Notes: generated by a model not told the origin, from the letters alone. A DNA stretch of 64,000 nucleotides from Bacillales bacterium (GCA_035700025.1 DASSOY010000048.1:72484-136483), one strand, 5' to 3'; shown: positions 31,806-43,654, counted from the first letter of the stretch. Numbers and translations: made by a program.

Positions 31806-33374
31806 TTACGCCTTGAAGAATTTCGTGCCCCATTTGCCGATGAGAGGAAGCTGGGCAACGTCGTCTTTTCGAATGACGCCGAAGAGAACGATGAGCAAAA
31901 AGTAAACGATCGTCACGACGAAGATGAGCGTAAGTGTTCTCGGCAGCAATTCGACGCCCGTGAGGGCGTAATGCCGCAAATAATAGGCGGTGAAAGCGGT
32001 AATGGCAATGCAAATCAGTCCTTTGGCAAAATCGGCAGCGACGAGTGTGTAGCCGACCGACTTAACGACGGTGACGAAATGAAGAAGGGTAACAAGGATG
32101 ACGTTTACGACATAACCCATCGCAGCTCCGAAGATTTGAAATTCCGGCTGTGAGGCGAGGACGAAAATGGTTGCCATTTTCACTGTTGATCCGAAAACCG
32201 TGTTCATCATGGCTGCCTTTGCGTGATTTAACGCTTGTAATGCCGCCTGCAACGGTTGCTGAAAGAAATAAATAAAGAAAAACGGGGCCATCCAGCGCAC
32301 ATAAACGGCAACGTGGGGCACGTCGTACATGAGTTTCATTAACGGTGCCGCAAATTCATACGTAATGACGACAGCCAGTCCTCCGGTAATCATTGACACT
32401 TTCATCGCCTGGTGTAAACGGTAGTGAATCTGGTCATACCTATGATGGGCGGCGGCTTCGCTGATCGTCGGCACAAGCGAAACGGACAATGAATACGTGA
32501 TAAACGTCGGAAGCGTCAAAAAAGAGAGAGCCAGGCCGGCGATTTCCCCGTACAATTTTGTCGCCATCGCTGCTGACACTCCGGCAATCGCTAGACTTTG
32601 CGTAATGATGATCGGTTCGAAAAAATGGCCGACTGACCCGATCAAGCGGCTCCCAGTCGCGGGAAGAGCGATGTTCATTAACTCTTTGAACTCTTTGCGT
32701 CCGCCTTTTACATAGGACCAAAACCCTTTGCGGATCGGGATTTTCTTCGAGGTTTTGAACATCGTAAACATATAAAATAACGAACCGATTTCGCCGATGA
32801 CATTGGCGGAAATCGCGCCGGCAGCCGCATAAGCGACGCCGTAAGGCAACAAAGCCGTAGCCAGGATGGCTGAAAAACATACACGAAGCACTTGTTCGAT
32901 GATTTGCGAGATCCCGAGCGGACTCATGTGACGCCGCCCTTGAAAGTAGCCGCGAAGTACCGAAGATACGGCGACGACAGGAACGATCGGCGATATGGCG
33001 AGCAACGGAATCATCACTCGTTCGTCGACAAACACCGTTTTTGCGAGCATCGGCGCGAACAAGATCATCATGCCGGTGAATAACAGGCTGAGCGTTCCTG
33101 TCGTTGACAGAGACACGACGAGAATGCGTTTGATCTTGCGGCGGTCGTTGAGCGCTTCCGCTTCGGAAACGAGTTTCGATATCGCAACCGGAAGTCCGAT
33201 TTGTGTCAACGTCACCGTAAGCAGCAGCGTCGGGAACGCCATTGTAAAGAGGCCGTATCCTTCTTCGCCGATGATGCGCACGATGACAATTTTATTAATG
33301 AAGCCGATGATCTTGACGACGATCCCCGCCAGAATGAGGACGAGGGTTCCTTTCAAAAACGATTGTTTCGTCAT
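31806..33374 (-). CDS. spoVB: stage V sporulation protein B (MOP/MurJ-like flippase)
   Basis: The ATG at 33374 has a GGAGG SD and gives MTKQSFLKGTLVLILAGIVVKIIGFINKIVIVRIIGEEGYGLF. The protein is about 522 aa with about 14 TM helices. The ORF-track start at 33536 is over-extended. Confidence 0.9.
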   Translation of the reverse strand: MTKQSFLKGTLVLILAGIVVKIIGFINKIVIVRIIGEEGYGLFTMAFPTLLLTVTLTQIGLPVAISKLVSEAEALNDRRKIKRILVVSLSTTGTLSLLFTGMMILFAPMLAKTVFVDERVMIPLLAISPIVPVVAVSSVLRGYFQGRRHMSPLGISQIIEQVLRVCFSAILATALLPYGVAYAAAGAISANVIGEIGSLFYMFTMFKTSKKIPIRKGFWSYVKGGRKEFKELMNIALPATGSRLIGSVGHFFEPIIITQSLAIAGVSAAMATKLYGEIAGLALSFLTLPTFITYSLSVSLVPTISEAAAHHRYDQIHYRLHQAMKVSMITGGLAVVITYEFAAPLMKLMYDVPHVAVYVRWMAPFFFIYFFQQPLQAALQALNHAKAAMMNTVFGSTVKMATIFVLASQPEFQIFGAAMGYVVNVILVTLLHFVTVVKSVGYTLVAADFAKGLICIAITAFTAYYLRHYALTGVELLPRTLTLIFVVTIVYFLLIVLFGVIRKDDVAQLPLIGKWGTKFFKA

Positions 33375-33564
33375 GAGAGTGATGCCTCCGTCTGAATGAT
33401 TGCGCCGTTGAAATGTGAAGCCGGTCCACTTCACGGTCTGTAGCATGTATATGCAAAAATGTGGACAAAGCATGACAAGGAATTGCCGGACTTTAATAGA
33501 AATCGAATGACAAACGGCAACAAGTTGTCTTATCATGGTAAAATAAACAAGCGGAGGTGTCGGG

Positions 33565-33876
33565 ATGCCTGAATCAGGAGCTTATGATCATTGGAAAGAA
33601 AAGTTGGACCCGATCATCAATTTGAAAGTGGATGAGTTCGTGCTGCTCGGCTATGATGAACCGGATCGGGATGAAATTTGGAAATGCGCGGTCGAACGCG
33701 TCCATCGGAAACATGGCAAGGAACCGGTCCGGCTGCACGTGTTCGTGAACGAATTCATGGGATTATCGGTGAACGATTACATGAACCGTTTGCGGAAGGA
33801 AAGTTTTTTCGGTCCGGATTGGTTTGAAGGGGACAAGCCATTGAAACTGAGTGAATTTGACGAGGCCGGCCGCTGA
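33565..33876 (+). CDS. comN: post-transcriptional regulator ComN (YrzD family)
   Basis: 103 aa. KVDEFVLLGYDEPDRDEIWKC...VNDYMN resembles ComN, and the gene sits between spoVB and secD as in B. subtilis. Confidence 0.7.
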   Translation: MPESGAYDHWKEKLDPIINLKVDEFVLLGYDEPDRDEIWKCAVERVHRKHGKEPVRLHVFVNEFMGLSVNDYMNRLRKESFFGPDWFEGDKPLKLSEFDEAGR

Positions 33877-33946
33877 AAATATAATGGGAATATGTGAGTT
33901 TTTGCGGAAAAAAGGGGTTTTGGCAACATGAAAGGGGAACATACGA

Positions 33947-35245
33947 ATGAAAAATAGAAAAGGGAATCTCGTTGCCTTTTTCGTGATTCTTGTATTGCTT
34001 GCGGGTATGATCGGCTATACCGCCAATGGAATCATACATGACATTCGGCTCGGACTTGATTTGCAAGGCGGGTTTGAAGTGCTTTACGAAGTGCAACCGG
34101 CAGAAAAAGGTCAAAAAATCGACAACGACGTCTTGCAAAGTACGGTAGCTGCCTTAAGGAAACGGATCGACGTGCTTGGCGTGGCCGAGCCGAACATCGA
34201 TATTGAGGGACGCAACCATATACGGGTCCAGCTTGCGGGCGTAAAGGACCCGGACAAAGCCCGTGAACTGCTGTCCACGGGCGCCCGTATAAGTTTTCGC
34301 AACGAACAAGGGAAAAAAGTATTGGACGGTTCCGACCTCGTGCCAGGGAGCGCGAAGGTAAGCTTTGAAAATGGACAGCCCGTTGTCGAGATGAAGATCA
34401 AACATCCCGATAAGTTTCAACGGGTTACGAAAAAGCTTTACGGTAAACGTATGGCGATCTGGATGGATTACCAGGAAGGCGATTCGCTTGAGGAAGCGCT
34501 GCAAAAGAAACAAAACAACCCGAATGCCGACACACATTTAATTTCGGCACCTGTCGTGCGAGCCGTCTTGAGCAGCACCGCAGTCATTTCGGGTGATTTC
34601 AAACTCGATGAAGCGAAGACGCTGGCGCAATTGCTGAATGCGGGCTCGCTGCCGGTGAAACTAAAAGAAATTTATTCGACTTCTGTCGGCGCCGCTTTCG
34701 GAAAGAACGCATTGCACCAAACGGTTGTATCTGGGTTGATCGGCATCTTGCTCATCTTTCTTTTCATGTTGTTGTTTTATCGTTTTCCCGGAATCATTGC
34801 GGTTATCACGTTATGCGCTTACATGTATCTCGTACTTCTTGTTTATGATTGGATGAATGCCGTGTTAACTTTATCCGGCATTGCCGCATTCGTTCTCGGC
34901 GTCGGCATGGCGGTCGATGCAAACGTCATCACGTATGAGAGAATCAAGGAGGAGATCCGTACCGGCAAATCGATTTTGTCTTCGTTCAAGTCCGGGGTGA
35001 GACGGTCATTCGTAACGATTCTTGACGCCAACTTGACGACCATCTTGGCGGGAGCGGTTCTGTTTGCCTTTGGGACAAGCTCGGTGAAAGGTTTTGCGGT
35101 CATGTTGATCGTCAGCATCCTCGCCAGTTTTATAACCGCGGTATACGGAACACGGTTGTTGCTCGGTTTTTGGGTGAAGAGCCGTGTGTTAGATAAAAAA
35201 CCGGGGTATTTCGGCGTAAAGGAGAAGGATATCAGTGAGCTTTAA
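33947..35245 (+). CDS. secD: protein translocase subunit SecD
   Basis: 432 aa with LGLDLQGG, a periplasmic P1 domain and the C-terminal 5-TM bundle (GVGMAVDANVITYERIKEE). Confidence 0.95.
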   Translation: MKNRKGNLVAFFVILVLLAGMIGYTANGIIHDIRLGLDLQGGFEVLYEVQPAEKGQKIDNDVLQSTVAALRKRIDVLGVAEPNIDIEGRNHIRVQLAGVKDPDKARELLSTGARISFRNEQGKKVLDGSDLVPGSAKVSFENGQPVVEMKIKHPDKFQRVTKKLYGKRMAIWMDYQEGDSLEEALQKKQNNPNADTHLISAPVVRAVLSSTAVISGDFKLDEAKTLAQLLNAGSLPVKLKEIYSTSVGAAFGKNALHQTVVSGLIGILLIFLFMLLFYRFPGIIAVITLCAYMYLVLLVYDWMNAVLTLSGIAAFVLGVGMAVDANVITYERIKEEIRTGKSILSSFKSGVRRSFVTILDANLTTILAGAVLFAFGTSSVKGFAVMLIVSILASFITAVYGTRLLLGFWVKSRVLDKKPGYFGVKEKDISEL

Positions 35246-36161
35246 ATATGAAAAAGGCAAATTCGATTTCGTCGAACAACGGAACAAGTTTTTCATCTTT
35301 TCGGCCGTGCTCATTGTGATCGGCTTTGCGGTATTGGCCGCTAAAGGTTTGAATCTCGGCATCGATTTCACAAGCGGAACGCGAATCGAAATACGAGCGG
35401 ATCATCCGATTTCCGTAGATAAGATTGAACAGCAATTTCACGAGATGGGGGTTGACCCGGTCAAAATCGTCCCCGCGGGAAAGAACCACAACATTGGATC
35501 GGCCCGTTTCGATAAAGTATTGTCGCAAGACAAAGAATTAGAAATTCAAAAGAAATTTCGGGCTATTTACGGATCCGACATTACTGTAAGCAAAGTATCG
35601 CCACAAGTTGGGAGAACGCTGGCAAAGAATGCGATGCTTGCCGTCGCGATCGCCTCGATCGGGATTATTATTTATGTGTGGATTCGCTTTGAAATTCTTC
35701 AAGGCCTTGCGGCCATCGTCGCTTTGCTGCACGATTCATTTTTTATCGTCGCGGTTTTCAGTTTGTTGCAACTGCAAGTGAATGTCGAGTTTGTCGCGGC
35801 GGTGTTGACGATCGTCGGTTATTCGATTAACGACACGATTGTAACGTTCGACCGGATCCGCGAAAACATGCAGAAGGCGAAACGGGTCAAGGGATATAAG
35901 GATTTGGCATACATCGTGAATGCGAGCATTTATCAAACGTTGACACGTTCCATTAATACTGTTTTGACCGTTGTCTTGGCGGCAGTTGCGTTGTTGATTT
36001 TCGGGAGCGCGGAAATTCGCAACTTTGCATTCGCATTGATGGTCGGTCTCGTCGCGGGAACGTATTCATCTATCTTTATTGCTTCACAGCTTTGGGTCAT
36101 TTGGAAATCAAAGGCGATGAAACGGAAACACAAAGCTCAACCAAATGAACAGCATGCTTAA
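35235..36161 (+). CDS. secF: protein translocase subunit SecF
   Basis: 308 aa with LGIDFTSGT and GYSINDTIVTFDRIREN. It overlaps the secD 3' end. Confidence 0.95.
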   Translation: MSFKYEKGKFDFVEQRNKFFIFSAVLIVIGFAVLAAKGLNLGIDFTSGTRIEIRADHPISVDKIEQQFHEMGVDPVKIVPAGKNHNIGSARFDKVLSQDKELEIQKKFRAIYGSDITVSKVSPQVGRTLAKNAMLAVAIASIGIIIYVWIRFEILQGLAAIVALLHDSFFIVAVFSLLQLQVNVEFVAAVLTIVGYSINDTIVTFDRIRENMQKAKRVKGYKDLAYIVNASIYQTLTRSINTVLTVVLAAVALLIFGSAEIRNFAFALMVGLVAGTYSSIFIASQLWVIWKSKAMKRKHKAQPNEQHA

Positions 36162-36168
36162 TCGATCG

Positions 36169-36200
36169 CCTGCGGATGGTGCCGCAGGTTTTCGTTTCTC
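36169..36200 (+). terminator. intrinsic terminator after secF
   Basis: CCTGCGG/CCGCAGG stem followed by the T-rich TTTTCGTTTCTCTT. Confidence 0.65.
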
Positions 36201-36242
36201 TTCGGCGGACGAAGGGAAAACCGATAGGGAGGAGGAGATGCA

Positions 36243-36572
36243 ATGAAAGGTCAATGGGGACTATTGTTTGCTTTGCTGTTTGCTCTTATCGTAGCCGTGT
36301 TTGCAGTCATCAACGTCGATGACGTGACGGTCGATTATTTGTTCGGCACTGCTCGCTGGCCGCTCGTCATCGTCATTCTTGCTTCGGCGTTGTCCGGTGC
36401 ACTTGTTGTCGGAGGATTTGGCATTTACCGCGTGATTCGACTGCAAATGGAAAATCGCAGGCTGAGAAGACAATATGAACAACTTCTTAACGAACGCGAG
36501 ACGAGAGTAGAGCCATCATTAACCACCGACACTGGCGAGTCTCATTCGAGCGACGATTCAACAAACTCTTAA
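36243..36572 (+). CDS. LapA/DUF1049-domain small membrane protein
   Basis: 109 aa with two TM helices, then a basic coiled segment (RLQMENRRLRRQYEQLL). Confidence 0.7.
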   Translation: MKGQWGLLFALLFALIVAVFAVINVDDVTVDYLFGTARWPLVIVILASALSGALVVGGFGIYRVIRLQMENRRLRRQYEQLLNERETRVEPSLTTDTGESHSSDDSTNS

Positions 36573-36672
36573 AAGGAACCTCTTGGCTGTTTTCCAATGC
36601 TTCCAACGGACGAAATCTCTTTTGATCATTCGACAAGTTGAAGGTATAATGGAACGGTCAAGAGGTGATTGT

Positions 36673-39033
36673 ATGTTAAAGCCGAAAACGAAATGGCGGA
36701 CGGTTTCGGAGATGACGAATGAAGCTGAATCGTTAGCAACGACGCTCGGAATCGCTCCGCTCGTGGCACAATTATTGATCAATCGCAGCATGAACACGAT
36801 TGAACGCGCCGAACGGTTTCTCAACGTGAACGATCAACCGTTCAATGATCCTTTCCTCATGAAAGGAATGCGCGAAACGGTCGACCGCATTCAACAAGCA
36901 ATCACGAATCAAGAAAAAATTTTGGTATTTGGCGACTATGATGCCGACGGTGTGACGAGCACCGCCATCTTGATGAGCGTTTTGCGTGAAATCGGGGCAA
37001 ACGCGGACTACTATGTCCCTAATCGATTTACGGAAGGGTACGGTCCGAACGTGCCTGCTTTACATAATGCGAAAGAGGAGCATCAGACACTAGTCATTAC
37101 GGTGGACACTGGAATATCAGCGATTGATGAAGCCGAAGCCGCGCGTGAACTCGGCCTCGATTTCATCATCACCGATCATCACCAGCCGCCTACGCGGTTG
37201 CCAAACGCGTTCAGCATCGTGAATCCTCATCAAGAGGATTGTTTGTATCCATTCAAAGGGCTTTCAGGTGCCGGAGTTGCGTTTAAGCTTGCACACGCGC
37301 TGCTCGGACGCGTCCCTGAGCATCTTCTCGATCTAACCGTGGCGGGAACGATCGCCGATCTCGTTCCCCTTGTCGAAGAGAACCGGCTCATTGCCGTTCG
37401 CGGGCTTACCCAGCTTGAACATACCGAGCGCCCCGGATTGAGAGCCCTGTTGGACGTGAGCGGGATCGCAGGAAAGAAACTTACCGCAGAAGACGTCGGA
37501 TTTACGATCGGTCCTCGTTTGAACGCCGTCGGCAGACTGGATTCCGCGACCCCTGCGGTTCGGCTGTTGTTGACCGATAAGGAGGAAGAAGCGGACGAAC
37601 TGGCGAACGTGCTCGAGGAAACGAACCGGGCAAGAAAAAGGCTCGTCGATGAAATCGCCGATGAGACAATGGAACAAATCGAACGGGAATTTCCGCCCGA
37701 GGATCATTGGTTTCTCTTGGCCGCCAAGGAAGGTTGGAATCCTGGCGTAATCGGTATTGTTGCCTCGCGGCTCGTTGAACGCTACCATCGCCCTGCGATT
37801 GTCATGAGCATCGATGAAAAGACAGGTTTGGCAAAAGGGTCGGCGCGAAGTATCGAAGGATTCGACATGTATCGCCATTTGGCGCAATGCAGTGATTGTC
37901 TTGATGCATTCGGCGGACATCCGATGGCTGCCGGCATGACCGTAAAAAACGACAGGATCGGCGAATTGCGGCGAAGATTGAATGAATTGGCGCGTGAGGG
38001 ATTGACCGAGGCAGATTTGGTTCCCACAAAACATGTGGATGTCGTTTGCTCGGTCGATGACGTGTCCCTTTCATTGATCGAGCAAATGTCTCGGCTTGAG
38101 CCGTTTGGGACAGACAATCCGCCGCCAACAGTATGGATCGAAAATGCGCGGCTGACGCAAATCAAAAAAGTCGGAAGTGACGCCAACCATTTAAAAGCGG
38201 TATTAAGCGGGAGCGAAACATCCGTTGACGCGATCGGATTTCAATGGGGTTCAATCGGTGACGAATTGTCAATAAATGCGAAGACATCGGTCGTCGGACG
38301 GCTGCAAGTGAACGAGTGGAACGGGTTCCGCAAACCGCAAATCGTTCTTGAGGACGTTTCTGTCGACCATTGGCAGTTGTTTGATTTTCGCAATGAACGC
38401 AATGCGGCCAGTAAATTGGCAATGCTGCCCGAAGAAAAAAGATTGTATGTGGCGTTTCGATCAGATACGCGGGATCAAAAGCGGTTTGAAACGTTAGGAA
38501 AACCATTCTTTTGTTTGCAAGAGCAAACCGTGACGGCGGAGCAATTATGCGGACGTTACGTCGTTCTCCTTGACGTACCCCATAATGTCGAAGCGATGAA
38601 GAAACTTTTTCAAAACGCTGCTCCTGATCGTATTTATGCTGTGTTTCATCACGATGCGACGAATTTCTTTTCTACGCTGCCGACCCGCGACCATTTTAAA
38701 TGGTTATACGGGCTGTTGCTTCAGCGAAAAACGTTGAATTTGGGCCATCATGCTGAATCGTTGGCAAAACAAAAAGGATGGTCGATAGAAACGGTATTGT
38801 TCATGGCGGAAGTCTTCGAAGAATTGGAATTCGCGACATGGAAAAACGGGATTTTGACCGCCGCTGACCGCCCGCAAAAACGGGAATTGTCAGAATCGCA
38901 GCTCGTGAAAGAAAGGAAACGGCAAGCGGAAGTTGAGCACTTATTTTGTTATGCATCATCTTCGTCTTTGAAAAATTGGTTTGAAACGATCTTGGACGAA
39001 TCGGAAATGCTTGAGGAGGCTGTACAAAAATGA
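36673..39033 (+). CDS. recJ: single-stranded-DNA-specific exonuclease RecJ
   Basis: ATG 36673 follows AGAGGTGA. It has DHH motifs ([24 protein letters not shown]) and DHHA1 (GGHPMAAG). Confidence 0.95.
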   Translation: MLKPKTKWRTVSEMTNEAESLATTLGIAPLVAQLLINRSMNTIERAERFLNVNDQPFNDPFLMKGMRETVDRIQQAITNQEKILVFGDYDADGVTSTAILMSVLREIGANADYYVPNRFTEGYGPNVPALHNAKEEHQTLVITVDTGISAIDEAEAARELGLDFIITDHHQPPTRLPNAFSIVNPHQEDCLYPFKGLSGAGVAFKLAHALLGRVPEHLLDLTVAGTIADLVPLVEENRLIAVRGLTQLEHTERPGLRALLDVSGIAGKKLTAEDVGFTIGPRLNAVGRLDSATPAVRLLLTDKEEEADELANVLEETNRARKRLVDEIADETMEQIEREFPPEDHWFLLAAKEGWNPGVIGIVASRLVERYHRPAIVMSIDEKTGLAKGSARSIEGFDMYRHLAQCSDCLDAFGGHPMAAGMTVKNDRIGELRRRLNELAREGLTEADLVPTKHVDVVCSVDDVSLSLIEQMSRLEPFGTDNPPPTVWIENARLTQIKKVGSDANHLKAVLSGSETSVDAIGFQWGSIGDELSINAKTSVVGRLQVNEWNGFRKPQIVLEDVSVDHWQLFDFRNERNAASKLAMLPEEKRLYVAFRSDTRDQKRFETLGKPFFCLQEQTVTAEQLCGRYVVLLDVPHNVEAMKKLFQNAAPDRIYAVFHHDATNFFSTLPTRDHFKWLYGLLLQRKTLNLGHHAESLAKQKGWSIETVLFMAEVFEELEFATWKNGILTAADRPQKRELSESQLVKERKRQAEVEHLFCYASSSSLKNWFETILDESEMLEEAVQK

Positions 39034-39548
39034 ACTACAAAGATTACATCGCAATCGTTGACGGATTTCCGAAACCGGGCGTCAGCTTCAAAGATCTGAC
39101 TCCGCTCATGCAAAACGGCGAAGTATTTCAAAAAGCGATTGCCGAACTGGTGGAATTCGCCAAAGACAAACGGATTGACATTATTGCGGGGCCGGAAGCG
39201 CGCGGATTCATTGTCGGCTGCCCGCTTTCCTATGCGCTCGGCGTTGGGTTCGTTCCGGTCCGTAAGCAAGGCAAGCTTCCTCGGGAAGTGATTCAGACGG
39301 ATTACGGCTTGGAATACGGAAAAAATGTTCTCACGATGCATAAGGACGCGATTCGTCCAGGGCAACGCGTGTTGGTCGTCGACGACTTGCTGGCAACGGG
39401 CGGTACTGCCGGGGCGACGATCAAACTCGTTGAACAGCTCGGAGGAACGGTCGTCGGTTCGGCATTCATGATTGAATTGACGTATTTGCAAGGTCGGAAA
39501 CAAATCGACGAGTACGAACTGTTTACGTTAATGAAATACGACGAATAA
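39030..39548 (+). CDS. apt: adenine phosphoribosyltransferase
   Basis: 172 aa with the PRPP motif [13 protein letters not shown]. The start overlaps the recJ stop. Confidence 0.95.
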   Translation: MNYKDYIAIVDGFPKPGVSFKDLTPLMQNGEVFQKAIAELVEFAKDKRIDIIAGPEARGFIVGCPLSYALGVGFVPVRKQGKLPREVIQTDYGLEYGKNVLTMHKDAIRPGQRVLVVDDLLATGGTAGATIKLVEQLGGTVVGSAFMIELTYLQGRKQIDEYELFTLMKYDE

Positions 39549-39551
39549 GAA

Positions 39552-39574
39552 GTGCCCGCACGGGCGCTTTTTTG
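39552..39574 (+). terminator. intrinsic terminator after apt
   Basis: GTGCCC/GGGCGC stem followed by TTTTTT. Confidence 0.65.
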
Positions 39575-39715
39575 TTCACGGGTCTCCCGTTTGGCGTCGA
39601 TTCCAGTCTTCCCGACAATTTTCGCAAATTCCTTTACATCTTTACACAGATTCAACATAATAGAACCAAGCTGTTTTCAGCCGGATTTACCAATACACTA
39701 CATTCAGGTGATTGT

Positions 39716-41893
39716 ATGGCCATTGAGCATTTGCTCGAAAAAGCGAAAGGTTACTTATCGGAAAATGACCTTTCTTTATTGGATAAAGCCTATCGTTACG
39801 CAAAAAAAGCCCATGAAGGACAATACCGGCGTTCGGGAGCACCGTACATTACGCATCCGGTCGAGGTCGCGGGAATCTTGGTTGATCTTGAAATGGATGC
39901 AACATCGGTCGCTGCCGGTTTTTTGCATGATGTCGTCGAAGATACAAACGTGACGATCGACGATTTGAGAAACGACTTTAATGAAGAGGTAGCGCTGCTC
40001 GTTGACGGCGTGACAAAGCTGCGAAAGTTTGAGTTCAAGTCAAAAGAAGAACAACAGGCGGAAAATCACCGAAAAATGTTTGTCGCAATGGCGCAAGACA
40101 TTCGCTGTATTTTGATTAAGCTTGCCGACAGGCTTCACAATATGCGCACGTTGAAACATATGCCGAAAGACAAACAAATTCAAAAGGCGAATGAAACGCT
40201 GGAAATTTTCGCGCCGTTGGCGCACCGTCTCGGGATTTCCACGATCAAATGGGAACTCGAAGACATTTCACTTCGCTATTTGAATCCGCAGCAATACTAC
40301 CGCATCGTTAATTTAATGAAAAAAAAGCGCACCGAACGCGAGGAATACATTGACGATGTCATCGAAGAAATCAAAAGCCGTTTACGGGACGTCAACATCA
40401 ATGCCGAAATTTACGGGCGACCGAAACATTTGTACAGCATATACCGAAAGATGGTCCTGCAAAACAAGCAATTCAACGAAATTTACGATTTGCTTGCCGT
40501 GCGGATCATTGTCGACAGCATTAAAGACTGTTATGCGGTACTTGGCATTATTCATACGCGCTGGAAACCAATGCCCGGCCGTTTTAAAGATTATATTGCC
40601 ATGCCAAAGCAAAATATGTACCAGTCTCTTCATACGACGGTTGTCGGACCGAAAGGCGATCCGCTTGAAGTGCAAATCCGCACGAGGGACATGCACAAAG
40701 TAGCGGAATACGGGATCGCCGCGCACTGGGCTTACAAAGAAGGCAAAACCTTGAACGCGAAAATGCCGTTTGAAGAAAAAATGGCCTGGTTCCGGGAAAT
40801 TCTTGAATGGCAAAACGATACCGACGATGCAAAAGAATTCATGGAAACGTTGAAAGTCGATTTGTTTTCCGACATGGTGTTCGTCTTTTCGCCAAAGGGA
40901 GACGTCATCGAGTTGCCGGCAGGCTCGGTTCCGATCGATTTTGCTTACCGCATTCACACCGAAATCGGAAACAAGACGGTTGGCGCGAAAGTAAACGGCA
41001 AAATGGTGCCGCTCGACTATAAATTGAAAACGGGCGACATTGTGGAAATCTTGACTTCGAAGCATTCGTACGGCCCGAGCCAAGATTGGTTGAAAATCAC
41101 GCAAAGTTCACAAGCAAAAAACAAAATCCGTCAATGGTTCAAAAAGCAAAAACGAGAAGAAAACGTAGATAAAGGCAAAGAACTTGTGGAACAGGAATTA
41201 CGGAATCAGAAATACAATCCGAAGGAAGTTTTGACGCCGGAAAATCTCGAAAACGTTGCGAAAAAGTACAACTTTTCCAATGAGGAAGAAATTTATACTG
41301 CCGTCGGTTATAACGGCATTACGGCGAAGCAAGTCGTCACAAGACTGACCGAGAAAATCCGCAAACAGCAAAGCCAGGAAGAAGAAACAAAACGGCTTCT
41401 CGAAGCGATGGCCGACGGCTCGAATGCGTCCGTGAGCCGAAAACCGGTTTCCGGGGTGCGCGTGAAAGGGGCGGACAATTTACTCATTCGCTTGTCGAAA
41501 TGTTGCAATCCGGTTCCAGGGGACGATATTATCGGCTTTATAACGAAAGGGCGCGGTGTATCGATTCATCGGCAAGATTGTCCGAACGTTCGTAACGTGG
41601 AACAACCCGAACGGTTGCTTGATGTGGAATGGGAAGGCGGACTTGAATCGAAGAGTTATAACGTGTACATCGAAGTTCACGGATTTGATCGAAGCGGACT
41701 GCTTAACGAGGTTTTGCACGCCGTAACGGACACAAAGACCGTCATTAACGGTGTATCTGCCAACGCCGACCGCAACAAGATGGCGACGATTCACATGACG
41801 ATCGCGATTAACAACGTGAATCATTTGCAGCGAGTGGTCGAGAAGATCAAGCAAATTCCCGATATTTATACCGTGCGGCGTGTCACGCAATAA
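39716..41893 (+). CDS. relA: bifunctional (p)ppGpp synthetase/hydrolase Rel
   Basis: ATG 39716 follows AGGTGA. It has an HD hydrolase domain (HPVEVAGIL...HDVVEDT), a synthetase domain (YRSLHTTV), and TGS and ACT domains. Confidence 0.95.
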   Translation: MAIEHLLEKAKGYLSENDLSLLDKAYRYAKKAHEGQYRRSGAPYITHPVEVAGILVDLEMDATSVAAGFLHDVVEDTNVTIDDLRNDFNEEVALLVDGVTKLRKFEFKSKEEQQAENHRKMFVAMAQDIRCILIKLADRLHNMRTLKHMPKDKQIQKANETLEIFAPLAHRLGISTIKWELEDISLRYLNPQQYYRIVNLMKKKRTEREEYIDDVIEEIKSRLRDVNINAEIYGRPKHLYSIYRKMVLQNKQFNEIYDLLAVRIIVDSIKDCYAVLGIIHTRWKPMPGRFKDYIAMPKQNMYQSLHTTVVGPKGDPLEVQIRTRDMHKVAEYGIAAHWAYKEGKTLNAKMPFEEKMAWFREILEWQNDTDDAKEFMETLKVDLFSDMVFVFSPKGDVIELPAGSVPIDFAYRIHTEIGNKTVGAKVNGKMVPLDYKLKTGDIVEILTSKHSYGPSQDWLKITQSSQAKNKIRQWFKKQKREENVDKGKELVEQELRNQKYNPKEVLTPENLENVAKKYNFSNEEEIYTAVGYNGITAKQVVTRLTEKIRKQQSQEEETKRLLEAMADGSNASVSRKPVSGVRVKGADNLLIRLSKCCNPVPGDDIIGFITKGRGVSIHRQDCPNVRNVEQPERLLDVEWEGGLESKSYNVYIEVHGFDRSGLLNEVLHAVTDTKTVINGVSANADRNKMATIHMTIAINNVNHLQRVVEKIKQIPDIYTVRRVTQ

Positions 41894-41910
41894 CAGGAGG
41901 GAGTGTCTGG

Positions 41911-42348
41911 ATGAGAGTCGTATTGCAACGGTCGAAAGCCGCCGCGGTTGAAGTCGCCGGCAAAACGATAGGTGAAATTGATCACGGGCTTGTGCTGCTT
42001 GTTGGTATTAAACAGAATGACGGAGTCGATGAAATTCAATATGTCGCCGATAAAATAGCAAACTTAAGAATTTTTGAAGATGAAGAAGGGAAAATGAACC
42101 GCTCTTTGCTTGACGTCGGCGGCGCTGTCTTATCGGTATCTCAATTTACGTTATACGGCGATACGAAGAAAGGGCGGCGCCCGAGTTTCGTCGATGCGGC
42201 GCGCCCGGCAGTGGCTGAAAAGCTGTACGATTTGTTTAACGATACCTTGCGGCAAAAAGGCTTGCAGGTCGAAACCGGTCAGTTCGGGGCGATGATGGAC
42301 GTTCGGCTCACGAATGATGGACCGGTCACGTTGATTGTGGAAAAATAA
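41911..42348 (+). CDS. dtd: D-aminoacyl-tRNA deacylase
   Basis: 145 aa with MRVVLQRS...SQFTLYGD...GRRPSF motifs. Confidence 0.95.
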   Translation: MRVVLQRSKAAAVEVAGKTIGEIDHGLVLLVGIKQNDGVDEIQYVADKIANLRIFEDEEGKMNRSLLDVGGAVLSVSQFTLYGDTKKGRRPSFVDAARPAVAEKLYDLFNDTLRQKGLQVETGQFGAMMDVRLTNDGPVTLIVEK

Positions 42349-42390
42349 CCGAACGATCAAGGGCTGCTGACGAAGAAGCGGTCTTTTTTT

Positions 42391-42421
42391 GAATGTCCCC
42401 GCCCGAAGGGCGGGGACATTC
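42391..42421. terminator. perfect GC-rich hairpin between convergent dtd and amidase genes (atypical terminator)
   Basis: 14-bp perfect stem GAATGTCCCCGCCC/GGGCGGGGACATTC with a GAA loop. The T7 run lies upstream of the hairpin on the plus strand, so neither strand has a canonical downstream U-tract. Confidence 0.45.
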
Positions 42422-42427
42422 ATCGCT

Positions 42428-43519
42428 TCATTCCTGTTGAAAATACGTTTCCAACCCCTCGGTTATCGCCGTTGTTACTTTATTTCTATAGACAGTTGTT
42501 CGGACGACACCTTCCTCACCGTCATTTGTCAAAAAGCCAAGTTCCAGCAAGGTGGCTGGCTGTCGGTTTTCGCGCAAGACATGGTAATTGGCAAATCGCA
42601 CTCCGCGGTCGCGAAGACGGGTTTCCTTGACGAGCATTTTTTGAATGGCTTCAGCCAGCGGCTTGTCCTTTTCTTTTGTATAATAATAACTGGCGATGCC
42701 GTGCGCGCTCGTGTACAAAGACGCGTTGAAATGAATGCTGATGAAAGCGTCGGCACCGGATCGTTCGGCGGTATTCACGCGGTTTGCTAAGGAGACGTAT
42801 GTATCTCCGCTTCGCGTCAAAATCACGTGCGCGCCTGCTTTTCTCAACTTCCGGCTCAATGAAAACGCGGTTTTCCATGTTAAATCCTTCTCAAGCGTAT
42901 GGAACCGATTTCCGATTGCCCCCGTATCGAAGCCTCCGTGTCCCGGATCAATCACGATCGTCTTTCCATGAAGGGCGTCCCGGTCGATGACTTCCTCTGG
43001 GGTATCGGCTTGCGTCACGATCCATCCGGCAACGTAAGCGTGGCTGCCGTCTTTTAAGCGGATTTCATACCATCCCCGTTTTTCATCAAGAACTTCGTAC
43101 GTTTCGCCGCGTGAACCGACAGCCAAAATGGTTTGATGCAAACCGGGTCCCGCTCTTAAATGCGTTCCGTCATACAAGAGTTCAATCGCATTCGGTTTAT
43201 TTTCAGAACGATCGCGCCTCGAACGGGTGATTGTTGTCGTTTTCACGGTATATTGTCCGGCAATCCAGCCTTCGCGGCCGTCAGCCAGTGTGATTTTCAA
43301 CCAGCCGTAACGCTCGTCATGAACATGAAACACGTGACCGTTCGTCACTTTTGCGAGGATCGGTGAGTGAATGTCGGGGGCTTTTCTGACGTTCAATACT
43401 TGTACCGCAACTGTCGCTTTTCGGACGGTATCCGCATTTGCGGTCCATCCGTCGGCGGCAAGGACCGCGTAGAAACATAGAACGGCCAACGGCGTCAGCA
43501 GGATGTGTTTTCGTTTCAT
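42428..43519 (-). CDS. N-acetylmuramoyl-L-alanine amidase with N-terminal SH3b repeats (YrvJ-like)
   Basis: The ATG at 43519 has a GGAGGCGG SD. It has a signal peptide, repeated SH3b-like segments (GWLKITLADGREGWIAGQY; GWYEIRLKDGSHAYVAGWI) and a C-terminal Amidase_3 domain (VIDPGHGGFDTGA...SIHFNA). Confidence 0.85.
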   Translation of the reverse strand: MKRKHILLTPLAVLCFYAVLAADGWTANADTVRKATVAVQVLNVRKAPDIHSPILAKVTNGHVFHVHDERYGWLKITLADGREGWIAGQYTVKTTTITRSRRDRSENKPNAIELLYDGTHLRAGPGLHQTILAVGSRGETYEVLDEKRGWYEIRLKDGSHAYVAGWIVTQADTPEEVIDRDALHGKTIVIDPGHGGFDTGAIGNRFHTLEKDLTWKTAFSLSRKLRKAGAHVILTRSGDTYVSLANRVNTAERSGADAFISIHFNASLYTSAHGIASYYYTKEKDKPLAEAIQKMLVKETRLRDRGVRFANYHVLRENRQPATLLELGFLTNDGEEGVVRTTVYRNKVTTAITEGLETYFQQE

Positions 43520-43619
43520 ATTCCGCCTCCTTTTTCTGCTTGTTTTCTCTAAATTCTCACTCAAACGGAAAATTCCTGCGTGACTTTTGATTCATCTGTT
43601 CGACGTGTTCGTCAATTTC

Positions 43620-43648
43620 TTGACAAACGGCTTATGCGTCAGTAATAT
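43620..43648 (+). promoter_or_regulatory. sigma-A type promoter of the hisS-aspS leader
   Basis: TTGACA (43620-43625), a 17-nt spacer, then TAATAT (43643-43648). Confidence 0.65.
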
Positions 43649-43654
43649 ATAAGA

